Shown one piece after another: positions 45,378-55,074 of a stretch of 64,000 bases of DNA. The translations under genes and the position numbers were made by a program. Under the pieces are notes generated by a model, which saw only the letters and a program-made list of their open reading frames with translations, ran no database searches and was not told the DNA's origin. Origin of the DNA: Gemmatimonadaceae bacterium (GTDB taxonomy: Bacteria > Gemmatimonadota > Gemmatimonadetes > Gemmatimonadales > Gemmatimonadaceae); NCBI GenBank assembly GCA_025362035.1, contig JANYIN010000051.1, positions 6,016 to 70,015 on the forward strand, written 5' to 3'. Position 1 is the first letter of the stretch, and every line of letters starts with the position of its first letter.

Positions 45378-48300
45378 TCATCGCACCATCGCTCCCTTCT
45401 GCCTGGCAACCGCTTTCGTGGCGGCGGCGCGAAACACCAGCGGAGTGTCGTTGTTCCGGGCCACCACGAAGATGTCCCCTTGCGCCGTGCGCACGCGTTG
45501 AATGTCGCGCGACTGGCCCGGCACAACAAATCCGCTCTCCGGTGCGCGCACCGGGGTGTAGCCACCCCGCCCATCGCCGCGGAGCACCAGGCCATAGCTG
45601 GCGGCCATGCGGCCGATTTCCGGCTTGAAGCCGTCGAAATTGCCCGCAAGCAACAGATCCGTACGGCCGTCGTGGTCCACGTCGGCGGCAAGAATGCCGT
45701 ACACCGGCGCGATCTGCGCTTCACTCGGCAGCGGCACGAGCGTGAACGAGCCGTCGCCATTGTTGCGCACGAGCGACGTGGCAAAGGTGTACGCCTGCTT
45801 CACCGCGGCTCCGGCCAGTTCCTTCGGCGTGAAGACGTCCTTCATCGTCGCACGCGCGTATGCCTCATATGTGGGGAAACGCGCCGCGAGCAACGGAATC
45901 GCCCTGAGGAGGTCGTCGCGCATCGGCAGCGGATAGCTCACACCACCGTTGTACATCGAGATCACCTGCTCAACGGAGCCGTTGCCGAGGAAATCCTTGA
46001 CGTACATGCTGAGTGGTTCGCTGGCGGACGCATGCAGGCGGCCATTCAGCCCCAGATTACCGACGATGAAATCGGTGCGTCCGTTCCCGGTGAAGTCGCC
46101 TGCCACGATCCGGTTCCACCATCCGTTGCTCTTCTCGAGCCCCCGTACGTCCAGGCGCTTCAGCCGGCCGCCGCCCATGTTCTTGAAAATCGTGATCGGC
46201 ATCCACTCACCAACCACGATGAGATCCAGACGGCCGTCGCCGTCCACGTCCCGCCACACGGCGTCGGTGACCATGCCGATGTGCTCGAGCTCGGGCGCCA
46301 GCCGCGCCGTCACGTCCGTGAAATGCCCTCGCCCGTCGTTCTTCAACAGCATACTCTTGGGATCAGTGCCGTATTGCCAGGGCACGACCCTCCCACCGAC
46401 GAACAGATCGATGGCCCCGTCCCCGTCGTAGTCGGCGGCCACCACGCGTGACCCGCTGTTTGCCTCGGGCGGAATGGCACCCGCCGCCTTCTTGAAGTGA
46501 CCGTGCCCATCATTCAGATACAGTCGGTCCTGCAGGGCGGACGCCCCCTCGGAGTATTCGTTGCCGCCGCTCACCACGTAGAGATCAGGGTGCCCGTCGC
46601 CATTCGCATCGAAGAACACGGCGCCAAGATCTTCCGAGATGGCATCTTCCGCGAAGACGGCTTGGTCACTGCTCACGAATCGCCCGTCGCGCTGTTGGAT
46701 CAGCAGCCTGCCGGGTTGATCCTTCGCGCCGCCGATGTAGATGTCATCCAGCCCGTCGCCGTTCACGTCGCCCACCGCCATGAACGGACCCTCGGTGGAA
46801 AGCAGCTTCGGCATCAGGGGCTCGCGATCGAAGTCGACGAACTCGTTTTCCTTGTGCCTGAAGTCCAGCGCGGTCCGCGCCGTCACGTCCGCCAACAACG
46901 TCGGCGCCGGCGCGGCGCGCGGTACGGCGCGCCTCGGCCCAGCGTCGGCGTGCTTGACGATCAGGAGCTGGTTGGCGGCGACGGCCGTCAGCTCGTTCAC
47001 GCGTCCGTCCGGCCAGTCCACGCGAACCGAGTCGATCACGGCGTGCGTGCCCACGCCGAAATCGAGCACGTAGTCCATGCTCGACTGAAAACCGCGCGTC
47101 GGAGACTCCTCTTGCATATAGAGCGCGTCGCCCGCGTGCAGCGTGACACGCGCACCCACGCCAAAGCGGTTCCCGCCCTCGCCGTCCAGCCGTACGCGCA
47201 GGAAATGATTCTCGGGATACAGTGTGCGCGCGTTGTTGCGATAGATGAATGCCTGCTGATTCACGTTGTTGACAACCAGATCCAGAGCGCCGTCGCCGTC
47301 CAGGTCACCGTACGCCGCCCCGTTCGAGAAGGCGGGCGTGTCGAGCCCCCACCGCTTCGCCTCGTTCACGAACTGAAGGTTGCCGGTATTGTGAAATGCG
47401 TAGTTGGAGAGCGGCGTGGACTTCATGGCCTTGATCAGCCCGGTGAAGTTCGCTTTCGTCTTGCCGCCGTTGGTCGCCGCTTTCATCGTCTCGTCATTGG
47501 CCAGGTACGCCACGTAGTCTTGTGATGTGATGTCCTTGGCCAGCCCGTTCGTCACGAAGATGTCCTTGTTGCCGTCGAGATCCAGGTCGGCAATCAGGGC
47601 GCTCCAGCTCCAATCCGTTCGCGCCACGCCCGCCATCTGCCCAACATCGCTGAACGTGCCGTCGCGGTTGTTCCGCTGGAGCATGTTCCGCATCGACTGA
47701 TAGCCGTATCCGTTGCGAACCTTGGTCATGTAGATGTCCCACCCTTCAAACTGGCTCGTCGTCTTGAGCCGGTACTCGCTCTCGGGCAGCATGTCCGTCG
47801 TGTAAATGTCCGGCCACCCGTCGTTGTCCAGATCGGCGACGTCCAGCCCCATCGAGAAGTAGCTCATAATGGACGTCTGCTGGTCCAGCGCCTCGGAAAA
47901 GGTGCCGTCGCCCTTGTTGATATAGAGGTAGTCGCGCTCGAAGAAGTCGTTGGAGACGTAGATGTCCGGCCAGCCGTCGTTGTTCACGTCGGCCACCACC
48001 ACGCCAAGCCCAAAGGCCGCCTCAGGGCTGTGGATGCCGGCCGACGCGCTGACGTCCGTAAAGTGGCCGCCGTCGTTGCGATACAGTCGCGCACCACCAT
48101 TCGGATCCCGCACGTTGCGCATGTTCCGCAACCCGAAGCTGCTGACGGGACGCGGTGAATTACGGATCAACAGCAAATCGAGGTCGCCGTCGTGGTCGTA
48201 GTCGAAGAACACCGCCTGCGTGGAGTATCCTCCGTCGGCGATGCCGTATGCCGCCGCCATCTCCTTGAAGGTGGGAATGCCGTTGGCATCGGGCCCCTGG

Positions 48301-48803
48301 TTGATCCAGAGCTCGTTCGCGCGCTGCTCAGGACCGCCGGAGCCGGCGTGGCAAATGTAGATGTCCAGGCGGCCGTCGCCGTTCACATCGGCCAGAGTGA
48401 TCCCTGTACTCCAGCTGTTCTTGCGGGTCTTGATGCCGGCGGCTTCGGTGACATCGCGAAAATGGAATTTGCCCTCATTCAGGAAGACGCGCGGCCCGTC
48501 GGTATTGGACACGAGGATGACCTCCGGCAAACCGTCGCCATTGAGGTCGCCGATCGCGACACCACCGCCGTTGTAAAAGTTGCGGTACGTGAACACGTTC
48601 ATGTCTGCCGTTTCGGTCAGCGTGTTCTCGAAACGGATGCCGGTCACGCTCGGCGATAGCATCGAGAAGAGTTCGCGTCCCACCGCGGGGGCATCAGCGA
48701 GCGACCCCTGCTTCTCTCGCGTGCCGGAGCACCCGGGAATGGCCGTGAGCAGCCCGAGGGCGGCGAGCCACCGCCTCGGCCGAAGCGTGAAATGACGGAT
48801 CAT
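45378..48803 (-). CDS. CRTAC1-family lipoprotein (FG-GAP/VCBS repeats plus ASPIC/UnbV), paralogue of 41274..44615
   Basis: Lipobox 'LLTAIPGC'. Same repeat layout and UnbV block 'PTRGFQSSMDYVLDFGVG'. Start at ATG 48803 (the ORF opens at 49073, overlapping susD). Confidence 0.85.
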   Translation of the reverse strand: MIRHFTLRPRRWLAALGLLTAIPGCSGTREKQGSLADAPAVGRELFSMLSPSVTGIRFENTLTETADMNVFTYRNFYNGGGVAIGDLNGDGLPEVILVSNTDGPRVFLNEGKFHFRDVTEAAGIKTRKNSWSTGITLADVNGDGRLDIYICHAGSGGPEQRANELWINQGPDANGIPTFKEMAAAYGIADGGYSTQAVFFDYDHDGDLDLLLIRNSPRPVSSFGLRNMRNVRDPNGGARLYRNDGGHFTDVSASAGIHSPEAAFGLGVVVADVNNDGWPDIYVSNDFFERDYLYINKGDGTFSEALDQQTSIMSYFSMGLDVADLDNDGWPDIYTTDMLPESEYRLKTTSQFEGWDIYMTKVRNGYGYQSMRNMLQRNNRDGTFSDVGQMAGVARTDWSWSALIADLDLDGNKDIFVTNGLAKDITSQDYVAYLANDETMKAATNGGKTKANFTGLIKAMKSTPLSNYAFHNTGNLQFVNEAKRWGLDTPAFSNGAAYGDLDGDGALDLVVNNVNQQAFIYRNNARTLYPENHFLRVRLDGEGGNRFGVGARVTLHAGDALYMQEESPTRGFQSSMDYVLDFGVGTHAVIDSVRVDWPDGRVNELTAVAANQLLIVKHADAGPRRAVPRAAPAPTLLADVTARTALDFRHKENEFVDFDREPLMPKLLSTEGPFMAVGDVNGDGLDDIYIGGAKDQPGRLLIQQRDGRFVSSDQAVFAEDAISEDLGAVFFDANGDGHPDLYVVSGGNEYSEGASALQDRLYLNDGHGHFKKAAGAIPPEANSGSRVVAADYDGDGAIDLFVGGRVVPWQYGTDPKSMLLKNDGRGHFTDVTARLAPELEHIGMVTDAVWRDVDGDGRLDLIVVGEWMPITIFKNMGGGRLKRLDVRGLEKSNGWWNRIVAGDFTGNGRTDFIVGNLGLNGRLHASASEPLSMYVKDFLGNGSVEQVISMYNGGVSYPLPMRDDLLRAIPLLAARFPTYEAYARATMKDVFTPKELAGAAVKQAYTFATSLVRNNGDGSFTLVPLPSEAQIAPVYGILAADVDHDGRTDLLLAGNFDGFKPEIGRMAASYGLVLRGDGRGGYTPVRAPESGFVVPGQSRDIQRVRTAQGDIFVVARNNDTPLVFRAAATKAVARQKGAMVR

Positions 48804-48903
48804 GTACGGGAATGCAGCGGCGAGTGTGGCGCCGGACGCGAGCGATCGAGGTCCGGAGTCGCGGAGGAGCGTCGGGAGAGCGTGGTCGTCCCGCTCCTGC
48901 GCA

Positions 48904-48935
48904 TCATGGCCTGTCGACGATCCGACAGGCCATGA
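48904..48935 (-). other. Strong intercistronic hairpin between susD-like and CRTAC1 genes (no U-tract)
   Basis: Perfect 13-bp stem TCATGGCCTGTCG/CGACAGGCCATGA with a 6-nt loop, 25 nt after the susD-like stop. The minus-strand tail is GC-rich, so it is not a classical intrinsic terminator. Confidence 0.5.
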
Positions 48936-48960
48936 CGCGAAAGGTGAGCATGACGCCGGG

Positions 48961-50523
48961 TTAGTACCCCGGATTCTGCGTGAGCAGCGGGTTCGATGCG
49001 ATTTGCGTCGTGGGAATCGGGAACAACACCTTGTACGCCGCCGAGGCGCCCTTGAACCGGCGTGCAGAGACATACGTGCCGGCGCGAATCATGTCCTGAC
49101 GCCGCTTGGCTTCAGCGGTGAACTCGAACAGGCGCTCGTTGAAGATCGCCTGCCGTGCATCACTCTGCGACAGCCCGGCAGACAACGGCTTCGGCGTGGC
49201 GAACTGCCGGGCCCGCACGATGTTCACGTTCGCGATCGCCGCCGCGGTCTGCCCGAGCTCGTTCTGCGCCTCAGCCTTGATCAGATACATCTCCGCGAGA
49301 CGGAAGAATGGGAAGTTGTTCGGATGCGAGCCGCCATCCAGCGCCGTGGTGAGCGGACTGAACTTGTTGAAGCGCGGGCCTTCGTTCTCCGCCGCGGCAT
49401 TCTCGTTGCCGATCGTATCCGTGAACACGAGGGAATTTCCGGCGCGGTCCTTCACGGGCAAACCGGTATCGAAGCTGTATTGCTGTCCGACGAGGAAGAT
49501 GTTGCGCCGGTTGTCTGCGGGATCGAATGCATGGTAGGTCTCGGAGAGGGTCGCGAAGCCGTTCCACGGTCCGCCCGCCACCTTGAGCTGGTTGTAGTGC
49601 AGCGTCCGCATCGGCAGGCTCATGCCGAGGCCCGGCTGCAGGTTGGTATGCGCGATGTACCAGATGTTCTCGCGCGAGTCATGGTTGTCTGGCGTGAAAT
49701 TATGCTGCCAGTTCGCTTCGAGCGCATAGTTGCCGGAATTGATCACCCGGTCGGCGGCCGTGATGGCGTCCGCCCAGCGTCCCGTCCCCTTCGTCAAACC
49801 GCCGGACGTCACCGTGCCGTTGAACACCTGGGCATTCAGGTACAGCCCGGCGAGGATCGCGTCAGCCACGCCACTCGTGGCGCGGCCCGTCTGATCCGCC
49901 GGCCGCGTGGCGGGAAGCAAGGTGCGCGCCGCGAGGAGCTCGGACTCGATGAAGCGGAACACTGAGTCGCCCGATGCCCTGGCCGAGGCTCCCACCTGCG
50001 TGCCCGTCACCAGCGGCACGCCGCCGAAGAAGTCCATCAGCATGTAGTAGTACCAGGCCCGCACGGTCTTGAGCTCCGCGAGCGTCTGTGGAGCCGTCGG
50101 ACCTCCCGCCTTCGTGATCACGTCGATCATCAGGTTGGCCCGCGCCACGCCGCTGAACAGCACGTTCCACGCCCCGTTCACGTCCACGAGCGTGGCACCG
50201 CTGTTCGGGTTCCACTGCTGCTTGTAGACCTCCAGCCAGCGGCCATTGTCGTACCAGTCCTGGCCGCGCGTCGGCACGATCATCTCGTCAGTGCTGATCT
50301 CGGACAGGTTGTAGTACTCCCACATCGTGCCGCGCAGTTGCGCGTACACGGAGGCCACGCCCGCCAGCACTTCGGCGTCGCTATGGAAGGCGTTGTCCGG
50401 CGTCAGCCGGTCCTTCGGCACTTCGGTGAGGTTCGTGCAGCCGTAGAACGCCATCTGCGCGGGCACGAGCAGCAGCGCAGTCAGGGTTGCCCGGCGGATC
50501 GACCTCGAATTGAAAGTCGGCAT
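48961..50523 (-). CDS. susD: RagB/SusD-family nutrient-binding outer-membrane lipoprotein
   Basis: Lipobox 'AFYGC'. TPR-like SusD blocks ('RAWYYYMLMDFFGGVPL', 'FFRLAEMYLIKAEA', 'ERLFEFTAEAKRRQDMIR'). Lies 48 nt downstream of the SusC-like gene. Confidence 0.9.
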   Translation of the reverse strand: MPTFNSRSIRRATLTALLLVPAQMAFYGCTNLTEVPKDRLTPDNAFHSDAEVLAGVASVYAQLRGTMWEYYNLSEISTDEMIVPTRGQDWYDNGRWLEVYKQQWNPNSGATLVDVNGAWNVLFSGVARANLMIDVITKAGGPTAPQTLAELKTVRAWYYYMLMDFFGGVPLVTGTQVGASARASGDSVFRFIESELLAARTLLPATRPADQTGRATSGVADAILAGLYLNAQVFNGTVTSGGLTKGTGRWADAITAADRVINSGNYALEANWQHNFTPDNHDSRENIWYIAHTNLQPGLGMSLPMRTLHYNQLKVAGGPWNGFATLSETYHAFDPADNRRNIFLVGQQYSFDTGLPVKDRAGNSLVFTDTIGNENAAAENEGPRFNKFSPLTTALDGGSHPNNFPFFRLAEMYLIKAEAQNELGQTAAAIANVNIVRARQFATPKPLSAGLSQSDARQAIFNERLFEFTAEAKRRQDMIRAGTYVSARRFKGASAAYKVLFPIPTTQIASNPLLTQNPGY

Positions 50524-50571
50524 GGGACTCAGGTTTGGATTGAAGGCGAACCAGCGATGCGATGCGTGCCG

Positions 50572-53500
50572 TTAGAACTGGACATGGGCTCCCACCGTGT
50601 ACGTGCGCGCGCGGGGATACGTGAGATAGTCGATGCCGCGCGTTGCAATGCCGGCGTCGACGAACACTTCCGGGTCGTATCCCGAGTACGGCGTGAACAG
50701 CAGCAGGTTGTCACCGGACAGATACACGCGGGTGTTGCGGCCTCCACCGAGCGCCGACGGCAACGCGAACGTGTACCCGATGGTGGCGTTCTGAAGACGG
50801 ACGAACCGCCCACTCTCGATCCAACGCGAGGAGTAGATCGCAGGTTCCGCGATGCCGATGGGATCGGCCAGCGCCGTGACGAGGAAATTGCGTGACGACT
50901 TCGCATTGCCCTTCGTGGAGTAGACCAGCGCCGTGTTGTTGAACACGTCCTGACCGAACTCCGCACGCCACAGCCAGCTGACGTCGAACTTGTTCATCGA
51001 GCCGTTGCTGCGGAGACCCATGCTGAACTTCGGGTTCGCGTTGCCGATGATGCCTTCGTCATCACCCGTCGGCGCCAGCGTCTCGCCATTGGCGCAGCCC
51101 GTGCTCGCCGCGGCGCAGGCGAACACCTGCTGGCCGCTGCTGTTCACGCGGAGGAACTTGGCCCCCCAGAACGTGCCGATGGGCTGTCCCGGGAGGAGCC
51201 GTTGCGAGTACCGGCCCGACTGACCCTGCCCGTACACGCCGCCGGTGATGATGAACGGCGCGGCGCCGAGATCCAGCACCGAATTACGCTCGACGGAAAG
51301 CACCAGTCCCGACGACAGCGTCCGAGCGCCCTCCTCGATGAGCCGAGCGTCCATCGTCGCCTCGAACCCGCGGTTCCTCACCGAGCCGACGTTCTGAATC
51401 TGCGTCGATACCACGGCCGGCTGCGGCACCGGGACGGTGAGCAGCAGATCCTTCGTGGTCTTCTGGTAGAAATCGAGCACGCCCGTGAAGCGATCGCCCT
51501 TCACTCCCCAGTCGATACCGAAGTTGGTCTGATCCGACGTTTCCCATTTGAGCGACGGATTTGCCACCTGCAGCGCGGACAGGCCCGTGGTCACCGAGTT
51601 GCCGAACGGATACTTCGCACTGTTGTCCGTCCCCAGCAGCAGCTGCGTCGCATACGGCTGCACCGCCTGGTTGCCCTGCCGTCCCCACCCGGCGCGGAAC
51701 GCCAGCGTCGACAGGCGGCTGCCCTTCATGAAATCCTCGTTGCTCGCGCGCCAGGATGCCGACAACGCGGGGAACACCGACCACTTGTTGCCCGGCGCCA
51801 GCCGCGACGAGCCGTCGCGGCGAATCACGCCGGTCAGGAAGTACTTGTCCGCGTAGCCGTAGTTGGCCCGGGAGAAGAACGAGACCAGACGGCTCTCCTG
51901 GATGTACGAGATCGGCGCCGGCGAGCTCGCCTGTGTGCCAGCGCTGAAGTTGTTGAACGTGAACGCGTCGGTGATGAAGCCCTGCGAGGTCACTTCGAAG
52001 CCCGAGTTGGCGAACTGGCTGAACTCGTAGCCGCCCACGATTTCCAGCTCCTGCTTGTCGCCGATCTTGGGCGTGGCCGTGACCAGCTGCTGGAAGTTGA
52101 GGTTCTGGAGGCTCCGCTCCGCCTGTCGCGCCACCCCGTTGAATTCCGCGCCCAATGGGCTCGTGCGCGGCACGTAGGTCTGGCGCACCGAATTGGTGTA
52201 GTCGACACCCAGCGTCGTCTGCGCCGTCAACCCAGTGTGCAGTTGCACCGTGCCGGTGAGGTTCCCCAGCACGCGATTCTCGGGCGCCTGGTCGTTGATC
52301 TGAGCGGCCAGCGCAACCGGATTGCGCACGGACTGCGAACCCGCGCCCATTTCATAGTACACCAGCTGATGGGTCAGCGAGTCCTGCACCTGCACCGGCA
52401 GCGTCGGGTTGTAGATCGCCATGTTCGTGAACACGCCGCCAGTGAACCCGCCGCCGTTCTCCATGGCGAGATACTTGTTCTGGACGCGCGACGCCGTGAG
52501 GTTCAGGTCCAGATTGATCTTTCCATCCAACGCGGCGTGCTGAGCGTTCAGGCGACCCTGGTACCGCGTTAGCCCGTTGTCGATGACCACGCCCTTCTGA
52601 TCGAAGTAGCTGAGCGACGCACGGTAGTGCGTTACCTGCGACCCGCCCGCGAACGCGAGGTTGTGGTTGTTGGTATACCCCGTCTGGGTCAGCGCGCTCT
52701 CCCAATCGGTATTCGCGGTGCCGTTGAGCGCCGCCTGGCTGGACGGCAGGTTGTTCGCCGCGATCTGCGCGTTGACGAAGCTGCGGTACTGGTCACCCGT
52801 GAGGAAGTTCAGTTTCCGCGCCGGACTCGCCGCGGCCACGTACGTGTCGTAATCCATTGCCGAGTTGCCGCGCGAACCGCGCTTGGTCTGGATGAGCACC
52901 ACTCCGTTCGCTCCGCGGCTGCCATAGATCGCCGTGGCGGACGCGTCCTTCAGCACCGTCATCGACTCGATGTCGTTCGGGTTGATCGCGTTGAGTGGGT
53001 TGCGACCGAGTTGCGCGTTCACGCCAGGCGTTGCCGCGCCGGCCACCGTGCCCTCGTTCTGCAGCGGCACGCCATCCACGACATACAGCGGATCGTTGCT
53101 GGCCGTGATCGACGTCCCACCCCGAATGCGGATCTGCGATCCCGCTCCCGGCTCGCCATTGTTCGTGGTCATCTGCACACCCGCCACGCGACCCTGGAGC
53201 AGCTGGTCCGCATTCGTCACGACGCCCACGTTCGCTTCGTCGGCATTGACGGTGGCGACCGAACCGGTGATCGACTCGCGCCGCTGCGTACCGTATCCGG
53301 TGACGACAATGTCACTCAGGACGGCCGCCTGTGAGCCCATGCTGAATTCCACGCTGACCGTTCCACCCGCTTGCACCGCGATATCACGCGTCTGCGCGCC
53401 GAACCCGATCCGACTCGCTCGGACTTTCTGTGAGCCCGCCGGGACCGCGGTGATGGTGAAGCCGCCGTCGGCGCGCGTGAGCGCGCCGTTCGCCGTCCCC

Positions 53501-53652
53501 ACGATGCGGACACTCACGGACGGCAGTGGTTGCCGCGAGGCCGAGTCGATCACGCGCCCCGTCACGACGCCCGTGGCGGTCTGCGCACCGAGCGGCGCGA
53601 GAGCGAGCCACATTCCTACAACGGCAACTGATAGACAGCGCACTCTTGTCAT
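50572..53652 (-). CDS. susC: SusC/RagA-family TonB-linked outer-membrane transporter
   Basis: CarboxypepD_reg-like 'GVVTGRVIDSASRQPLPSVSVRIVGT'. Plug 'IESMTVLKDASATAIYGSRGANGVVLIQTKRG'. ~1000 aa with a terminal aromatic '...YTVGAHVQF'. Start at ATG 53652. Confidence 0.92.
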   Translation of the reverse strand: MTRVRCLSVAVVGMWLALAPLGAQTATGVVTGRVIDSASRQPLPSVSVRIVGTANGALTRADGGFTITAVPAGSQKVRASRIGFGAQTRDIAVQAGGTVSVEFSMGSQAAVLSDIVVTGYGTQRRESITGSVATVNADEANVGVVTNADQLLQGRVAGVQMTTNNGEPGAGSQIRIRGGTSITASNDPLYVVDGVPLQNEGTVAGAATPGVNAQLGRNPLNAINPNDIESMTVLKDASATAIYGSRGANGVVLIQTKRGSRGNSAMDYDTYVAAASPARKLNFLTGDQYRSFVNAQIAANNLPSSQAALNGTANTDWESALTQTGYTNNHNLAFAGGSQVTHYRASLSYFDQKGVVIDNGLTRYQGRLNAQHAALDGKINLDLNLTASRVQNKYLAMENGGGFTGGVFTNMAIYNPTLPVQVQDSLTHQLVYYEMGAGSQSVRNPVALAAQINDQAPENRVLGNLTGTVQLHTGLTAQTTLGVDYTNSVRQTYVPRTSPLGAEFNGVARQAERSLQNLNFQQLVTATPKIGDKQELEIVGGYEFSQFANSGFEVTSQGFITDAFTFNNFSAGTQASSPAPISYIQESRLVSFFSRANYGYADKYFLTGVIRRDGSSRLAPGNKWSVFPALSASWRASNEDFMKGSRLSTLAFRAGWGRQGNQAVQPYATQLLLGTDNSAKYPFGNSVTTGLSALQVANPSLKWETSDQTNFGIDWGVKGDRFTGVLDFYQKTTKDLLLTVPVPQPAVVSTQIQNVGSVRNRGFEATMDARLIEEGARTLSSGLVLSVERNSVLDLGAAPFIITGGVYGQGQSGRYSQRLLPGQPIGTFWGAKFLRVNSSGQQVFACAAASTGCANGETLAPTGDDEGIIGNANPKFSMGLRSNGSMNKFDVSWLWRAEFGQDVFNNTALVYSTKGNAKSSRNFLVTALADPIGIAEPAIYSSRWIESGRFVRLQNATIGYTFALPSALGGGRNTRVYLSGDNLLLFTPYSGYDPEVFVDAGIATRGIDYLTYPRARTYTVGAHVQF

Positions 53653-54018
53653 TCCTGATCCCTCCAGGGACGTACGGTGATGGATCGCCTCAAACTGGCA
53701 GGACGGGCGGAGACCGCTTGGACCCTGACCCAACCAGCGTTGCCAGGGTCACTTTGCCATTCTGAAGTACAAACGAGCGGCGCACGGCGCGCCTCGGACT
53801 GGTGGTGAACACGCCCGCCAAGCCATTGCCGGTACGTGCGCTCACTTTGCCGCCATCCTCCCCCTCCCGATTGTCGCGGAGACGGACAAATGTCGGCTTC
53901 GTGATTTTCACAGAGACTGTTCTAGCAGTTATTATCCTGTCGCACAAGAGTTTATTCTGCAATCTTTTGCGAAAGACGTTGCAAACCATCCCGCGTGGAA
54001 CGCGCTTCCCAGGAGATC
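53653..54018. promoter_or_regulatory. Divergent control region between susC-like and lacI-family genes
   Basis: 366-bp non-coding gap containing what appears by eye to be the most AT-rich stretch of the window (53890-53990: 'gattttcacagagactgttctagcagttattatcctgtcgcacaagagtttattctgcaatcttttgcgaaagacgttgcaaacc'), with TTGCA/TGCAA half-site-like repeats. Confidence 0.5.
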
Positions 54019-55074
54019 ATGGTCAGCAACCGCGTTACCCTCAGCATCGTCGCGCGCAAAGCAGCACTCTCCATCGCCACCGTGTCACGCGCGCTCGCCG
54101 ACCACCCCGATATCAGCGCCATCACCAAGTCCCGCGTGCGCAGGATCGCGACGGCACTGGGCTACGTGCCCAGCTATCGTGCCCGACCCCTCCGGGCGGC
54201 CCATTCGTCGCGGCTCATCGCGCTGGTCGTTCCGGAAATGACCATGTTCTTCCTGCCCTCCATGATCGCCGGGATCAACCGCGTGCTGCAGGACAAGGAC
54301 TACTCCCTGGTCGTCTTCCAGTCGGATAACGCCCTCGTACAGGAGCGCCGCCTCATCGAGTTCTGCACGCACCTCTCCACCGACGGCGTGCTCCTCGTGC
54401 TCTCCTCCGAAACCGCCGACCTCGCCCACATCGACGTCCTCAAGAGCGCCGGCATCCCGGTCGTCCTGCTCGACAAGACCATCGAGACCTCGACGCACAC
54501 CACCATCACCATCAACGACTTCGAAGCGGGTCGCGAGGCGGCCGCCTACCTGATCGATAACGGCCACACGCGATCCGTCGGCATCTTCGGCGACCAGCGC
54601 CAGCGCATCAGCGCCCTCCGGCTCGATGGCTTCCGGCGCGCCCACGCCGACCGCGGCGTCCCGCTCGCCGATTCGCAGATCATCCGCCTCACCATGCTGG
54701 ACGAATTTCAGTCACGGTTCGACCGCGCCTTCGAATTGCATCCGGACGCCACCGCCGTCTTCGCCATGTCCGACGAACTGCTGGTCCACAGCCATCATCA
54801 GCTGGTCAAGCGTGGCGTCCGCATTCCCGACGACGTCTCCCTGTTGGCCATCAGCGACGGACACGCCCCGTCCTTTCTGTTCCCGAATGTCACGCACATC
54901 CGGCACTCCGGCGCACAGGAAGGAGAACGCGCCGCCCACATCCTGATTGACATGATCGAACACTCCTCCCCCACCATGATGGACGTCCGCATCCATACGA
55001 TACTCGTGGAACTGGGGTCGGTCGCCAGGCGTGCACTCGCCCCGACCGCCAAGCGCGCGAAGGCGGCACGATGA
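54019..55074 (+). CDS. LacI-family transcriptional regulator
   Basis: HTH 'VTLSIVARKAALSIATVSRAL' plus a periplasmic-binding-protein-like sugar domain. Its stop overlaps the next gene's ATG (ATGA, 55071-55074). An alternative GTG start lies at 53995. Confidence 0.9.
   Translation: MVSNRVTLSIVARKAALSIATVSRALADHPDISAITKSRVRRIATALGYVPSYRARPLRAAHSSRLIALVVPEMTMFFLPSMIAGINRVLQDKDYSLVVFQSDNALVQERRLIEFCTHLSTDGVLLVLSSETADLAHIDVLKSAGIPVVLLDKTIETSTHTTITINDFEAGREAAAYLIDNGHTRSVGIFGDQRQRISALRLDGFRRAHADRGVPLADSQIIRLTMLDEFQSRFDRAFELHPDATAVFAMSDELLVHSHHQLVKRGVRIPDDVSLLAISDGHAPSFLFPNVTHIRHSGAQEGERAAHILIDMIEHSSPTMMDVRIHTILVELGSVARRALAPTAKRAKAAR

Noticed and set aside
53690-53989. 99-aa minus-strand ORF inside the susC/lacI intergenic region.
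   Set aside because: No start context and no recognisable domain. The composition changes from GC-rich to AT-rich along it. It is better explained as non-coding promoter DNA.
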